Positions 1 through 7,330 of a DNA stretch of 64,000 nt are shown piece by piece (the stretch's first letter is position 1; each line of letters opens with the position of its first letter). The DNA is from Solirubrobacterales bacterium (GTDB lineage: Bacteria; Actinomycetota; Thermoleophilia; Solirubrobacterales; 70-9). The position numbers and the translations under genes were made by a program. The notes below the pieces were generated by a model. That model saw only the letters and a list, made by a program, of their open reading frames with translations. It was not told the origin of the DNA and made no database searches. The stretch lies in the NCBI GenBank assembly GCA_035556755.1, contig DATMEP010000096.1, positions 1,110 through 65,109 of the forward strand, written 5' to 3'.

Positions 1-24
1 AGGCGCTGAGCGAGGGCCGGGTTC

Positions 25-312
25 TTGTCGAGGCCTGAAGGCCGCGATCTCGCGAAGGTTCTCGCCCGCAAGGCAGAGGGCGACGCGAAGGCAATGCGCA
101 GGCTGGCGCCCGACCCCGAGATCGACGACGAGGCGGTCGGCTTCCACGCCCAGCAGGCGATCGAGAAGTGGCTCAAGGCGGTGATGGCGCTCCAAGGGCT
201 GGAAGAGGCCCGCATTCATGACCTCGGTCGCCTGCTGGAGATTCTTGGCGAGGCCGGCGTCGATTCGCCTCCTGGCGCTGATTGGCTTGATGACTTTTCG
301 ATCTATGCCGTT
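25..312 (+). pseudogene. HEPN-domain protein (HEPN half of an MNT/HEPN-type pair), interrupted by an IS3-family insertion
   Basis: ORF 25..501 reads as a helical HEPN-like protein (QQAIEKWLKAVMAL...ARIHDLGRLLEIL...DDFSIYAV). It then runs straight into the IS left inverted repeat at 314. A short possible in-frame tail lies right of the IS (1626..1658, ...SYDEVKLR*). Its start overlaps the stop (36..38) of a truncated upstream ORF, as in MNT/HEPN operons. Confidence 0.6.
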
Positions 313-313
313 C

Positions 314-355
314 TGAGCCAGGCCGGGTTTCACGGAGACTCTGATCTACCCCCGA
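314..355. repeat. IS3-family terminal inverted repeat (left in window)
   Basis: tgagccaggccgggtttcacggagactctgatctacccccga matches the reverse complement of 1583..1624. Confidence 0.85.
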
Positions 356-379
356 AAAAGTGGAGTCGCGGTTCTGGAA

Positions 380-1240
380 TCATGCGGCCTGGGTTGCGTT
401 GTGTAGATCCTCGTATTCGGTTGGCGTGCGCATCCCTAGCGCCGAGTGCCGGCGCCGGGTGTTGTGGAAGAGCTCGATGTAGTCATGGATCGCGGTGGTG
501 AGCTCGACTCGGGTCTTCCAGCGTTTGCGGTTGAAGAGCTCGACCTGTATCCGCCCCCAGAAGGACTCGACCATCGCATTGTCGTATGCGCTGCCGACGG
601 CCCCCATCGAGGGGGCGAGGCCGGCGTCGCGGACCTTGCGGCTGAAGGCCCAGGAGGTGAACTGCACGCCGCGGTCGGAATGTATGACCAGACCGTCGAC
701 GCGATCGCGTCGGGCGGTGGCCATGCCAAGGGCATTGGTGACCAGGACCGTTGTCTGGGTGCTTTCGACCGACCAGCCGACGACGAGCCGCGAGAAGGCG
801 TCGAGGACGACGCAGCAGTAGACCTTGCCCTCCCTTGTCGGGTGCTCGGTGATGTCGGTCATCCACAGCTGGTTGGGGCCGTCGCGGCGGAACGCCCGGC
901 GAACCAAGTCCAGAGAGGTGACCTGCGCCATCCGCGCTCCCTTCGGCAGCCGGCGCGTCGGCAGGCCCTTGATTCCCAGCTCGCCCATGATCTTGCCGAC
1001 CGTGTTGTGGCCGACGACGATCTCGCGCCCGTGGCGCAGCTCGGCTGTCACCCGCATGTAGCCGTAGGTTCCGCCGGAGGCCTTGTGGACGTCGACGATC
1101 TCGCCGGCCAGCCAGATCCGCCGCAGGGTGCGCGGAGGGTCGGGGCGGCCCTTCCAGGCGTAGTAGCCCGACTCCGAGACGCCGAGCACACGACAGGCGT
1201 GGCGCACGTTGATTCCCTGCCCGGTCAGGGAATCGATCAC
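380..1240 (-). CDS. IS3-family transposase OrfB (DDE integrase core), expected to be made as OrfAB by a -1 frameshift
   Basis: DDE triad context is present: LWMTDITEH, LVIHSDRGVQF, YDNAMVESFWG. The frame is -1 relative to orfA and open across the slippery site. Confidence 0.9.
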   Translation of the reverse strand: MIDSLTGQGINVRHACRVLGVSESGYYAWKGRPDPPRTLRRIWLAGEIVDVHKASGGTYGYMRVTAELRHGREIVVGHNTVGKIMGELGIKGLPTRRLPKGARMAQVTSLDLVRRAFRRDGPNQLWMTDITEHPTREGKVYCCVVLDAFSRLVVGWSVESTQTTVLVTNALGMATARRDRVDGLVIHSDRGVQFTSWAFSRKVRDAGLAPSMGAVGSAYDNAMVESFWGRIQVELFNRKRWKTRVELTTAIHDYIELFHNTRRRHSALGMRTPTEYEDLHNATQAA

Positions 1241-1533
1241 CGGGAAGAGCCTTTTGGGGGAAGGTCGCCTTCGAGGAAGACCTCGTTGACCTTGCGCGAG
1301 ACGGCCAGCTCGGTTTCCAGCTGCTTGATCTTGCGCGTCGCCGCTGCCAGCTCGAGCGCCTGGTCGGTGCTCAGGCCCTCGACCTCACCGCGATCGACCT
1401 TCTCCTGCTTCAGCCAGCTGTAGATGGTGGCGTCGCTCATGCCGAAGGTCTCGGCGAGCTGGGCGACTTTGGTGCCTGATCGAGCTAGCTCGATCACCTG
1501 ACGACGAACCTCTGCTGGGTACCTGCGGGGCAT
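1237..1533 (-). CDS. IS3-family transposase OrfA (HTH)
   Basis: 98 aa, MPRRYPAEVRRQVIELARSGTKVAQLAETFGMSDATIYSWLKQ... (HTH followed by a leucine-zipper-like segment). GGAGGA lies 5 nt upstream of the ATG. Confidence 0.9.
   Translation of the reverse strand: MPRRYPAEVRRQVIELARSGTKVAQLAETFGMSDATIYSWLKQEKVDRGEVEGLSTDQALELAAATRKIKQLETELAVSRKVNEVFLEGDLPPKGSSR
1252..1258 (-). promoter_or_regulatory. Programmed -1 ribosomal frameshift heptamer C CCA AAA
   Basis: On the minus strand orfA reads CCC CCA AAA GGC. X XXY YYZ = C CCA AAA. Shifting -1 gives ..PKRLFPVIDSLTGQG.., which continues into OrfB. Confidence 0.7.
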
Positions 1534-1582
1534 CTGAATCCTCCTTACGGCCGAAGGACTCTAGAAACAGGACTCCATCAGA

Positions 1583-1624
1583 TCGGGGGTAGATCAGAGT
1601 CTCCGTGGAACCTGGTCCGGCTCA
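1583..1624. repeat. IS3-family terminal inverted repeat (right in window)
   Basis: The reverse complement reads tgagccggaccaggttccacggagactctgatctacccccga. Confidence 0.85.
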
Positions 1625-1672
1625 GTCGGATAGCTACGACGAAGTCAAATTGCGGTAGTCGATGCCTGTCGC

Positions 1673-2035
1673 TTACCGATTTTTCATCTCTTTGGAGGGG
1701 AGTACACCAGCCTGATGGCCAGCGTCGACAGCAACATCATCCATGTCCTCACACACGGCCACGACATTCACATGATGACGAGATCTGGTATTGCGGCCAA
1801 TGGCGGCAAAGCAAATTGCGAATAGGACACAAGCCCCAAAGCCAACCCACAGTGACGGCACTACGCCGGCCTGAACAGTCGTCTCGGTTTTGGTGATTAC
1901 GACGATGGTCGTCACAAGTCCGATGGCGGCCCCGACTGCGGTGGCGGCCCAGGTAGTTGCATGATCACTAAGAGGCTCTCCGAGGCGAGCGACGTTCTTC
2001 CGGATGCGATCCCAGTCAGAACGCTGAACAGGCAT
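1673..2035 (-). CDS. Small membrane protein, unknown function
   Basis: 120 aa from the ATG at 2035, with AGGAGG 4-5 nt upstream. There are two hydrophobic segments (AATAVGAAIGLVTTIVVI, LWVGFGACVLFAICFAAI). Local A+T content is higher than the surroundings. Confidence 0.6.
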   Translation of the reverse strand: MPVQRSDWDRIRKNVARLGEPLSDHATTWAATAVGAAIGLVTTIVVITKTETTVQAGVVPSLWVGFGACVLFAICFAAIGRNTRSRHHVNVVAVCEDMDDVAVDAGHQAGVLPSKEMKNR

Positions 2036-2126
2036 AGGCTCCTCCTGCTTGAGCATCAACACACCGGGCCGCTGATATGAGACTTGGCCCGCTCGCTGGG
2101 AAGTCGCAGGACGGTCAGGCGAGGTC

Positions 2127-2336
2127 TCACCCATCGGTATCGCCCATGAGTCCAGCCTCAATTGCATTGATGAAGGTCGTTTGATGACAGTTCTCACAAG
2201 CCACGGGAATTGCCACTACTTCGCCGCCGCCGTAGACGGTCGAGAACTCAAGCGCAGGGCCGACGTTCCACGTGTCGTGACCGCAATAGGGGCAGGCTTT
2301 TCCATCGCCCCAGACCTCAACAAGGCACTCGACTAA
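2127..2336 (-). CDS. Zn-ribbon-like small ORF with no canonical start codon (possible pseudogene)
   Basis: Open frame ..LVECLVEVWGDGKACPYCGHDTWNVGPALEFSTVYGGGEVVAIPVACENCHQTTFINAIEAGLMGDTDG* has a CxxC...CxxC pattern. No in-frame ATG/GTG/TTG lies upstream of the first CxxC pair (the only canonical one, the GTG in ..GGGEVVAIP.., lies between the pairs), back to the preceding stop. It is absent from the supplied ORF track for that reason. Confidence 0.3.
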   Translation of the reverse strand, partial: LVECLVEVWGDGKACPYCGHDTWNVGPALEFSTVYGGGEVVAIPVACENCHQTTFINAIEAGLMGDTDG

Positions 2337-2381
2337 TTCGGGCCGTAGGCGAGCTATGCCGCTTCGCTGACGGGTTGATTT

Positions 2382-2397
2382 TCGGTCGAAACGACCG
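2382..2397. repeat. 16-nt direct repeat / small hairpin, copy 1 (tcggtcgaaacgaccg)
   Basis: Identical 16-mer at 3685..3700. It is internally a cggtcg-aaa-cgaccg hairpin. Both copies are preceded by ttga + 3 nt. Confidence 0.8.
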
Positions 2398-2421
2398 GTT
2401 CGATCCGAATGTCGCCATACG

Positions 2422-3285
2422 GTGCAGTCCGTGGAGCTGAGATTGCCACGTGGAGCGGGGTCACGCGATCACGGCTATGCCGCGGAGCTTGATGCTGACC
2501 TCGGAGGCGCGGACGCGGTTGTTTTGGACGCGAGTGACTTGGTGGACTTGCATCCTCTTTTCGCGGTGAGGCTTGCGCTCTGGATTGAGCGGCATCGGCG
2601 GGACGGGCGCAGCGTCGACATCAGGGAGCCCGAGGACGGGGGAACCCGCCGACGTTTTCGCGCTTTTCGTTTGGGGAGGGCCATCGGCGGCGTTGCGGAA
2701 GCGCTTGTCGAGGACGACGCTGATGTGATCATCCGGCCGACCCGCTTGGGTGAGTTGACCGAGGTCGATGAGCTTGCCGACAAGCTGCTGCAGCCGCTGA
2801 TCGACCAGTTCGACGATGTCGCCGTCGTCCGGGATGCAGTCCTTATGGCGATCAGCGAGCTTTGCCAGAACGCGGTGGAGCACGGCGTCAGCGATGCCGG
2901 CTGCGTTGTGGCGGCCAGCCGTGGGGAGGTCGACGGGATGAGTCAAATCATGCTCGGCATTGGCGACTGCGGGGTCGGGATTCCCAAGCACATTCGCGGA
3001 AGCCATCCCGAGTTCGTGGTTGACGAGCATGCGATCGGACAGGCCCTGCAGGAGGGCGTGAGCGGCACCCAGCGACCCGATCGGGGATACGGCTTCACCT
3101 GGGTGCTGAAGGAAACCCTTTCCTCGGCTGCTTCTTCAGCCGAGATGTTCGTCCGGGCCGGTCAAGGGGCCTTCCGGCGCGAGATCGTCGATGCCCGCGT
3201 CAAGGACCATGGCTGGAATACGTCGGCTACGCAGGGGACTTGGATCGCCTGCGACTGGACGACCATCGGAAGGTTGGATCGGTGA
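2422..3285 (+). CDS. GHKL-type ATP-binding protein (RsbW/anti-sigma-kinase-like C-terminal half, STAS-like N-terminal half)
   Basis: N-box ELCQNAVEHG and G1 box IGDCGVGIP are present, with GYGF downstream. The N-terminal ~90 aa (VVLDASDLVDLHPLFAVRLALWIERH) resembles a STAS/antagonist fold. Confidence 0.75.
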   Translation: MQSVELRLPRGAGSRDHGYAAELDADLGGADAVVLDASDLVDLHPLFAVRLALWIERHRRDGRSVDIREPEDGGTRRRFRAFRLGRAIGGVAEALVEDDADVIIRPTRLGELTEVDELADKLLQPLIDQFDDVAVVRDAVLMAISELCQNAVEHGVSDAGCVVAASRGEVDGMSQIMLGIGDCGVGIPKHIRGSHPEFVVDEHAIGQALQEGVSGTQRPDRGYGFTWVLKETLSSAASSAEMFVRAGQGAFRREIVDARVKDHGWNTSATQGTWIACDWTTIGRLDR

Positions 3286-3321
3286 TTGCATGCGTCCGGG
3301 TCTTGACGTAGCCTCGCATCC

Positions 3322-3675
3322 ATGACGACGCTAGAGAACGACATCCCACAATCCTCGGCGTCACCGCGATACGTGCTGGGGCGCCACGGCCAGGCTTTCT
3401 CAACCCGCGCAAGGGCGGAGCAGATTCGAGCCGAGATCGAGCAGCTTGCAGCGGGCGGTCGCGATGTCCTGATCGACTTCGAGGGCGTGCGCTCGGTGAG
3501 CTACTCGTTCGCCGACGAGCTGATCGGCGTGTTTGCGTCTCGCTACGAGGCGGACAACGATTCCCTGCGCCCGGTCGTGATCGGTCTTTCGGCGCAGGCC
3601 CAGCGAGTCTTGCTCGGCAGCTTGGAGCAGCGGGGTCTCTCCGATGAGGTCTCCCGCGAGCTGGTCCCGCATTAG
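3322..3675 (+). CDS. STAS-like protein (DUF4325-type)
   Basis: 117 aa. ...RDVLIDFEGVRSVSYSFADELIGVF... matches the DUF4325 pattern as I remember it (xDFxGV...SSFxDE). Confidence 0.65.
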   Translation: MTTLENDIPQSSASPRYVLGRHGQAFSTRARAEQIRAEIEQLAAGGRDVLIDFEGVRSVSYSFADELIGVFASRYEADNDSLRPVVIGLSAQAQRVLLGSLEQRGLSDEVSRELVPH

Positions 3676-3684
3676 CCCATCAAG

Positions 3685-3700
3685 CGCTTGACCCTCGGTC
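3685..3700. repeat. 16-nt direct repeat / small hairpin, copy 2
   Basis: tcggtcgaaacgaccg lies 10 nt after the stop of the STAS-like gene and is identical to 2382..2397. Confidence 0.8.
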
Positions 3701-3771
3701 GAAACGACCGCACCTGTCAAGTCCATATCTGTCGCAGAATCGCCGCAGACCGCTCCGGCAAGCGGCGTTCT

Positions 3772-3818
3772 CCGGTCTACGAAACCGAAGGTCACAGGTT
3801 CGAATCCTGTCGGGCGCG
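3772..3818 (+). pseudogene. tRNA-Arg(ACG) 3' fragment (anticodon arm through acceptor 3' strand); att-type island boundary remnant
   Basis: The fragment reads ccggt-ctACGaa-accga / aggtc / acagg-ttcgaat-cctgt / cgggcgc-g. That gives the anticodon arm, variable loop, a perfect T-arm and the acceptor 3' strand. No matching 5' acceptor strand (gcgcccg) or proper D-arm lies upstream. Confidence 0.65.
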
Positions 3819-3947
3819 TATCCGCAAACTCCCTTCTGGGCGAAAGTGGCCGCGATACCCGGGCTCGGGGGGCCTCGGCCTTCGTGGACGGTGTTTCGTG
3901 GCTCGTACCAGTGTCACCGTGGGGACTGCTGAACCGACCGACTTCGG

Positions 3948-4388
3948 TTACTGCTCGTCGAGCTCGATCTCGAGCCCTTCCTTGAGCTCGTTGATCCCCT
4001 CACCCAAGCCGATTGCCGCGAGCAAGCTCTTGAGCGGGACGTTCAGCCACTTGAGGAGCTTGCGGAAGGCTCTCGGGGTTCGAAGCCGGCTAGCCTCCTG
4101 ACGGGCCTCCTGCACCCCGGCGAGCTTGAACATGAGCTCGGGGCCCGACAGGCCGGCCTGCGACAGTGCGGCATCGTGTTCCCCACTGATGATCGTTGCC
4201 TGAAGGGCATCGAATTCTCCGCGCTCTTGGAGGCTCTCCCAGGCGGGTTGAAGGCGCTCCGCTACAAGTGGGGGGAGCATCTCCCCGGCGAGGCTTTCGT
4301 CGATCACGAGCTGGAGATCCTCACGCAATTCCGAGACGAAAGCCGCGAGGGCGCCGCGATCATCCATGGCCTCCCCACCAAGTCCCAT
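3948..4388 (-). CDS. Hypothetical protein
   Basis: 146-aa ORF of acidic, helical appearance with no motif I recognise. The start may be the internal ATG at 4367. Confidence 0.5.
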   Translation of the reverse strand: MGLGGEAMDDRGALAAFVSELREDLQLVIDESLAGEMLPPLVAERLQPAWESLQERGEFDALQATIISGEHDAALSQAGLSGPELMFKLAGVQEARQEASRLRTPRAFRKLLKWLNVPLKSLLAAIGLGEGINELKEGLEIELDEQ

Positions 4389-4493
4389 GGTGGGTATTAA
4401 TTACATAAGAACTGAGCAAACGCGGTGAGACCCGGCTCAGGCCGCGAGTTCGATCAGCGGCGCTGAGGTTGGCTGCGGATACGCTCTGCCGCG

Positions 4494-6566
4494 ATGAGCG
4501 CGCGAATCGTCTGGCGGGGGCTGCTGGTCCTGGTGCTCGACGCGGGCTCGCTGCTGCTGCTGTCCGTGATCCTTCCCGGGTTCGTCCTGGACGGGCCCGG
4601 GGCGGCACTGGGGGCGGCGGCGGTGATCGGCCTGCTCAACGCGCTGGTCTGGCCGGTGCTGGCGCGCGTGGCGTTGCCACTGACGGTGCTGACCCTTGGC
4701 GGGGCGGCGCTGGTGTTGAACGCGGTGCTGGTCACCTTCGCGATCGATCTGCTTCCCAACGCGCATCTCGACAACCTCCTCGACGGGATCGTCGTCACGA
4801 TCGCGATGGCGGCGCTCACCGCGGGCTTCTACTCGCTGCTCGCGATCGACGAAGACGACGCCTGGTACCGCAACGTCGTCCGCCGGCAGGCGCGGCGCAG
4901 GGGCCAGCGGGTGGAGAGCGAGGTGCCCGGCGTCCTCTTCCTCGAGATCGACGGGCTCGCGCACGACGTCCTGCACCGGGCGCTGGTCGCAGGCGACGCG
5001 CCCAACCTCGCCGCCTGGCTGCGCCGCGGCTCGCACCGGCTGAGCGGGTGGGAGACCGACTGGTCCTCGCAGACGGGCGCCTGCCAGGCAGGGCTGCTGC
5101 ACGGCTCCAACGACGACATGCCGGCCTTCCGCTGGTGGGAGAAGGACCGCGACGCGGCGATCGTCACCAACCACCCGCGCGACGCCGAAGAGCTGGAGCG
5201 GCGGCACTCCGACGGGCGCGGGCTGCTGCACGCCGACGGGGCCAGCCGCGCCAACATCCTCTCCGGCGACGCGACGCACTCGATGCTGACGATGAGCACC
5301 GTGCTGCACCGGCGCCGCCCGATCGGGGTCGACTACGCGGCCTACTTCGCCCGTCCCTACGCGGTCGCGCGCACGCTCGTGCTGGCGATCGCCGACATCC
5401 TCCGCGAGCGGCAGGCGGCGCGCAGGCAGGTCCGTGACGACGTCCGCCCGCGGATCCACCGCCCGCGCTCCTACGCGCTCGTTCGGGCCTGGGGCACGGT
5501 GGTCCAGCGCGACCTCCAGGTCGCCAGCGTGGTCGGCGACGTCCTCGCGGGGCGGCCCGTCATCTACACGACCTTCCTCGCCTACGACGAGGTCGCCCAT
5601 CACTCCGGCATCGAACGCGACGACGCCCTCGCCGTGCTCCGCGACCTCGATCGCCAGATCGCGCGGATCGCGCTCGCCTGCGACGACGCGCCGCGCCCCT
5701 ACCGACTGGTCGTGCTCTCCGACCACGGCCAGTCGCAGGGGGAGACCTTCCTCGACCGCTACGGGGAGACGCTCGAGGACCTGGTCCGTTCGGCCTGCGA
5801 CGCCGAGAGCGTGATCGCCGTCGACGAGGGGGAGGACGACGCCCTCGCCTACCTCAGCGCGGGCCTGACCGAGGTCGCGCGCGACGACACCTTGGCGGCG
5901 CGCACGGTTCGGACCGCGACCCGCGACCGGCGCTCCGACGGCGCGGTGATGCTGGACGCCGACGTGCGCGAGGAGATGGCGCAGGCGCACGGGGCCGAGG
6001 TGCCGGAGCTCTCCGTGATGGCCTCGGGATGCCTCGGCCTGGTCAGCTTTCCCCGCGAGCCCGGCCGGGTGACGCTCGAGCGCGTCGAGCAGCGGTACCC
6101 GAAGCTGATCCCGGCGCTCCGCGACCACCCCGGGGTCGGGTTCGTCCTGGTGCGCTCGGAGGCCCTCGGGGCGCTTGCGATCGGCGCTCGCGGGACTCAC
6201 TTCCTCGACCAGGATCGCATCGAGGGCGAGGACCCGCTCGCGGTCTTCGGTCCTCACGCCGCCGACCAGGTGCGGCGTACCGACGGCTTCCCCCACTGCG
6301 CCGACCTGATGGTCAACAGCACCTTCTGGCCGGAGTTCGGCGAGGTCGCCGCGTTCGAGGAGCTGGTCGGTTCGCACGGCGGCATGGGCGGGACCCAGGC
6401 ACATCCCTTCGTGCTGCACCCCACCGAGCTCGCCTGGCCCGAGGACGACGTCGTCGGCGCGGAGCGGGTCCACCGGGTGTTCCGGGGCTGGCTCGCCGGG
6501 CTCGGGCACGCCGGCTACGAGAGCGAGGTTGCCTCGCCGGGGGACAGCACCCGCACCTCGACCTGA
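4494..6566 (+). CDS. Membrane protein: holin-family-4-like N-terminal domain fused to an alkaline-phosphatase/nucleotide-pyrophosphatase-family domain
   Basis: 690 aa. The N-terminus has 3-4 TM helices (LLLLSVILPGFVL.., LNALVWPVLARVALPL..). The soluble part carries LFLEIDGLAHD and VLSDHGQS metal-site-type motifs. Confidence 0.75.
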   Translation: MSARIVWRGLLVLVLDAGSLLLLSVILPGFVLDGPGAALGAAAVIGLLNALVWPVLARVALPLTVLTLGGAALVLNAVLVTFAIDLLPNAHLDNLLDGIVVTIAMAALTAGFYSLLAIDEDDAWYRNVVRRQARRRGQRVESEVPGVLFLEIDGLAHDVLHRALVAGDAPNLAAWLRRGSHRLSGWETDWSSQTGACQAGLLHGSNDDMPAFRWWEKDRDAAIVTNHPRDAEELERRHSDGRGLLHADGASRANILSGDATHSMLTMSTVLHRRRPIGVDYAAYFARPYAVARTLVLAIADILRERQAARRQVRDDVRPRIHRPRSYALVRAWGTVVQRDLQVASVVGDVLAGRPVIYTTFLAYDEVAHHSGIERDDALAVLRDLDRQIARIALACDDAPRPYRLVVLSDHGQSQGETFLDRYGETLEDLVRSACDAESVIAVDEGEDDALAYLSAGLTEVARDDTLAARTVRTATRDRRSDGAVMLDADVREEMAQAHGAEVPELSVMASGCLGLVSFPREPGRVTLERVEQRYPKLIPALRDHPGVGFVLVRSEALGALAIGARGTHFLDQDRIEGEDPLAVFGPHAADQVRRTDGFPHCADLMVNSTFWPEFGEVAAFEELVGSHGGMGGTQAHPFVLHPTELAWPEDDVVGAERVHRVFRGWLAGLGHAGYESEVASPGDSTRTST

Positions 6567-7276
6567 GGGGCCAGCGCGGCCGCCGCGCGGGCGAACTCAC
6601 GGGGCGGTGCGCTGAGGCGGTCCGCGGCGAGGCGGGAGAGGCCGAGCGGGAAGAGCGTGCCCCAGTGGATCGGGACGGCGACCCTGGGGGAGAGGAGGGC
6701 CGCCGCCCGCGCGGCGCGCTCGGGGTCGAGGTGCCCCGGCCCGAGGCTCGGGCCCCAGCCCCAGACCGGGAGCAGGGCGAGATCGAGCCCGCCGGCGAGG
6801 TCCTCCATGCCGTCGAAGAGGTCGGTGTCGCCGGCGAAGTAGATGCGGCGCCGGCCGCTCAGCACGAAGCCGACCGCCTGCGAGGCCCGCTCGAAGCGCC
6901 GCCCTTCGGTCGGGTGCAGCGCCTTGGTGGCGGCGATCCGGACCCCGCCGACACTGCCGGAGTTGCCCGGAGCGAGCTCGTGGACGGCCGCGAACCCATG
7001 CCGCCGCAGGAAGCTTCCCGACCCCGGCGGCCCGAACACCGGCACCTCCTTGTTCAGGCGGCGCAGCGAGGGCACGTCCGCGTGGTCGTGGTGGAGGTGG
7101 GAGATCAGCACTGCGTCCACGTCCTCGGTTGCTCGCCGGTCGGGCGGCGGCCCGTGACGCCACAGCGGGCCGATCCGTCGCCGCAGCACCGGATCGGTGA
7201 TCAAGCGGACGCCCTCCATCTCGATCAGGACGGTCGCGTGGCCAACGTAGGTGATCCGGGTCCCCACCTCGGTCAT
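6515..7276 (-). CDS. MBL-fold metallo-hydrolase
   Basis: 253 aa with the LISHLHHDHAD (HxHxDH) motif. Confidence 0.85.
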   Translation of the reverse strand: MTEVGTRITYVGHATVLIEMEGVRLITDPVLRRRIGPLWRHGPPPDRRATEDVDAVLISHLHHDHADVPSLRRLNKEVPVFGPPGSGSFLRRHGFAAVHELAPGNSGSVGGVRIAATKALHPTEGRRFERASQAVGFVLSGRRRIYFAGDTDLFDGMEDLAGGLDLALLPVWGWGPSLGPGHLDPERAARAAALLSPRVAVPIHWGTLFPLGLSRLAADRLSAPPREFARAAAALAPQVEVRVLSPGEATSLS

Positions 7277-7330
7277 GCCGCGGCCCGCCGTCGGCCGTGT
7301 CGGAGCCGCCGCGTATCGTCCGGCGCCCCG

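Larger units (their letters stand above)
314..1624 (-). mobile_element. IS3-family insertion sequence, apparently intact
   Basis: The unit is 1311 bp. It is bounded by 42-bp imperfect terminal inverted repeats starting TGAGCC (314..355 vs the reverse complement of 1583..1624, 38/42 identical, TG..CA tips). It has the orfA/orfB layout with a slippery heptamer. No clean target-site duplication is visible (ttc / gtc). Confidence 0.9.

Noticed and set aside
3688-4101. 137-aa ORF reading through the tRNA-Arg fragment
   Set aside because: The translation (..GHRFESCRARI..) merely encodes the T-arm. There is no SD and no protein-like features.
4437-6509. 690-aa minus-strand ORF exactly antisense to the holin/alkaline-phosphatase gene
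   Set aside because: It is an Arg/Pro/Gly/Asp-rich translation with no motifs. It is a typical shadow ORF of very G+C-rich DNA. The plus-strand frame has clear TM helices and phosphatase motifs.
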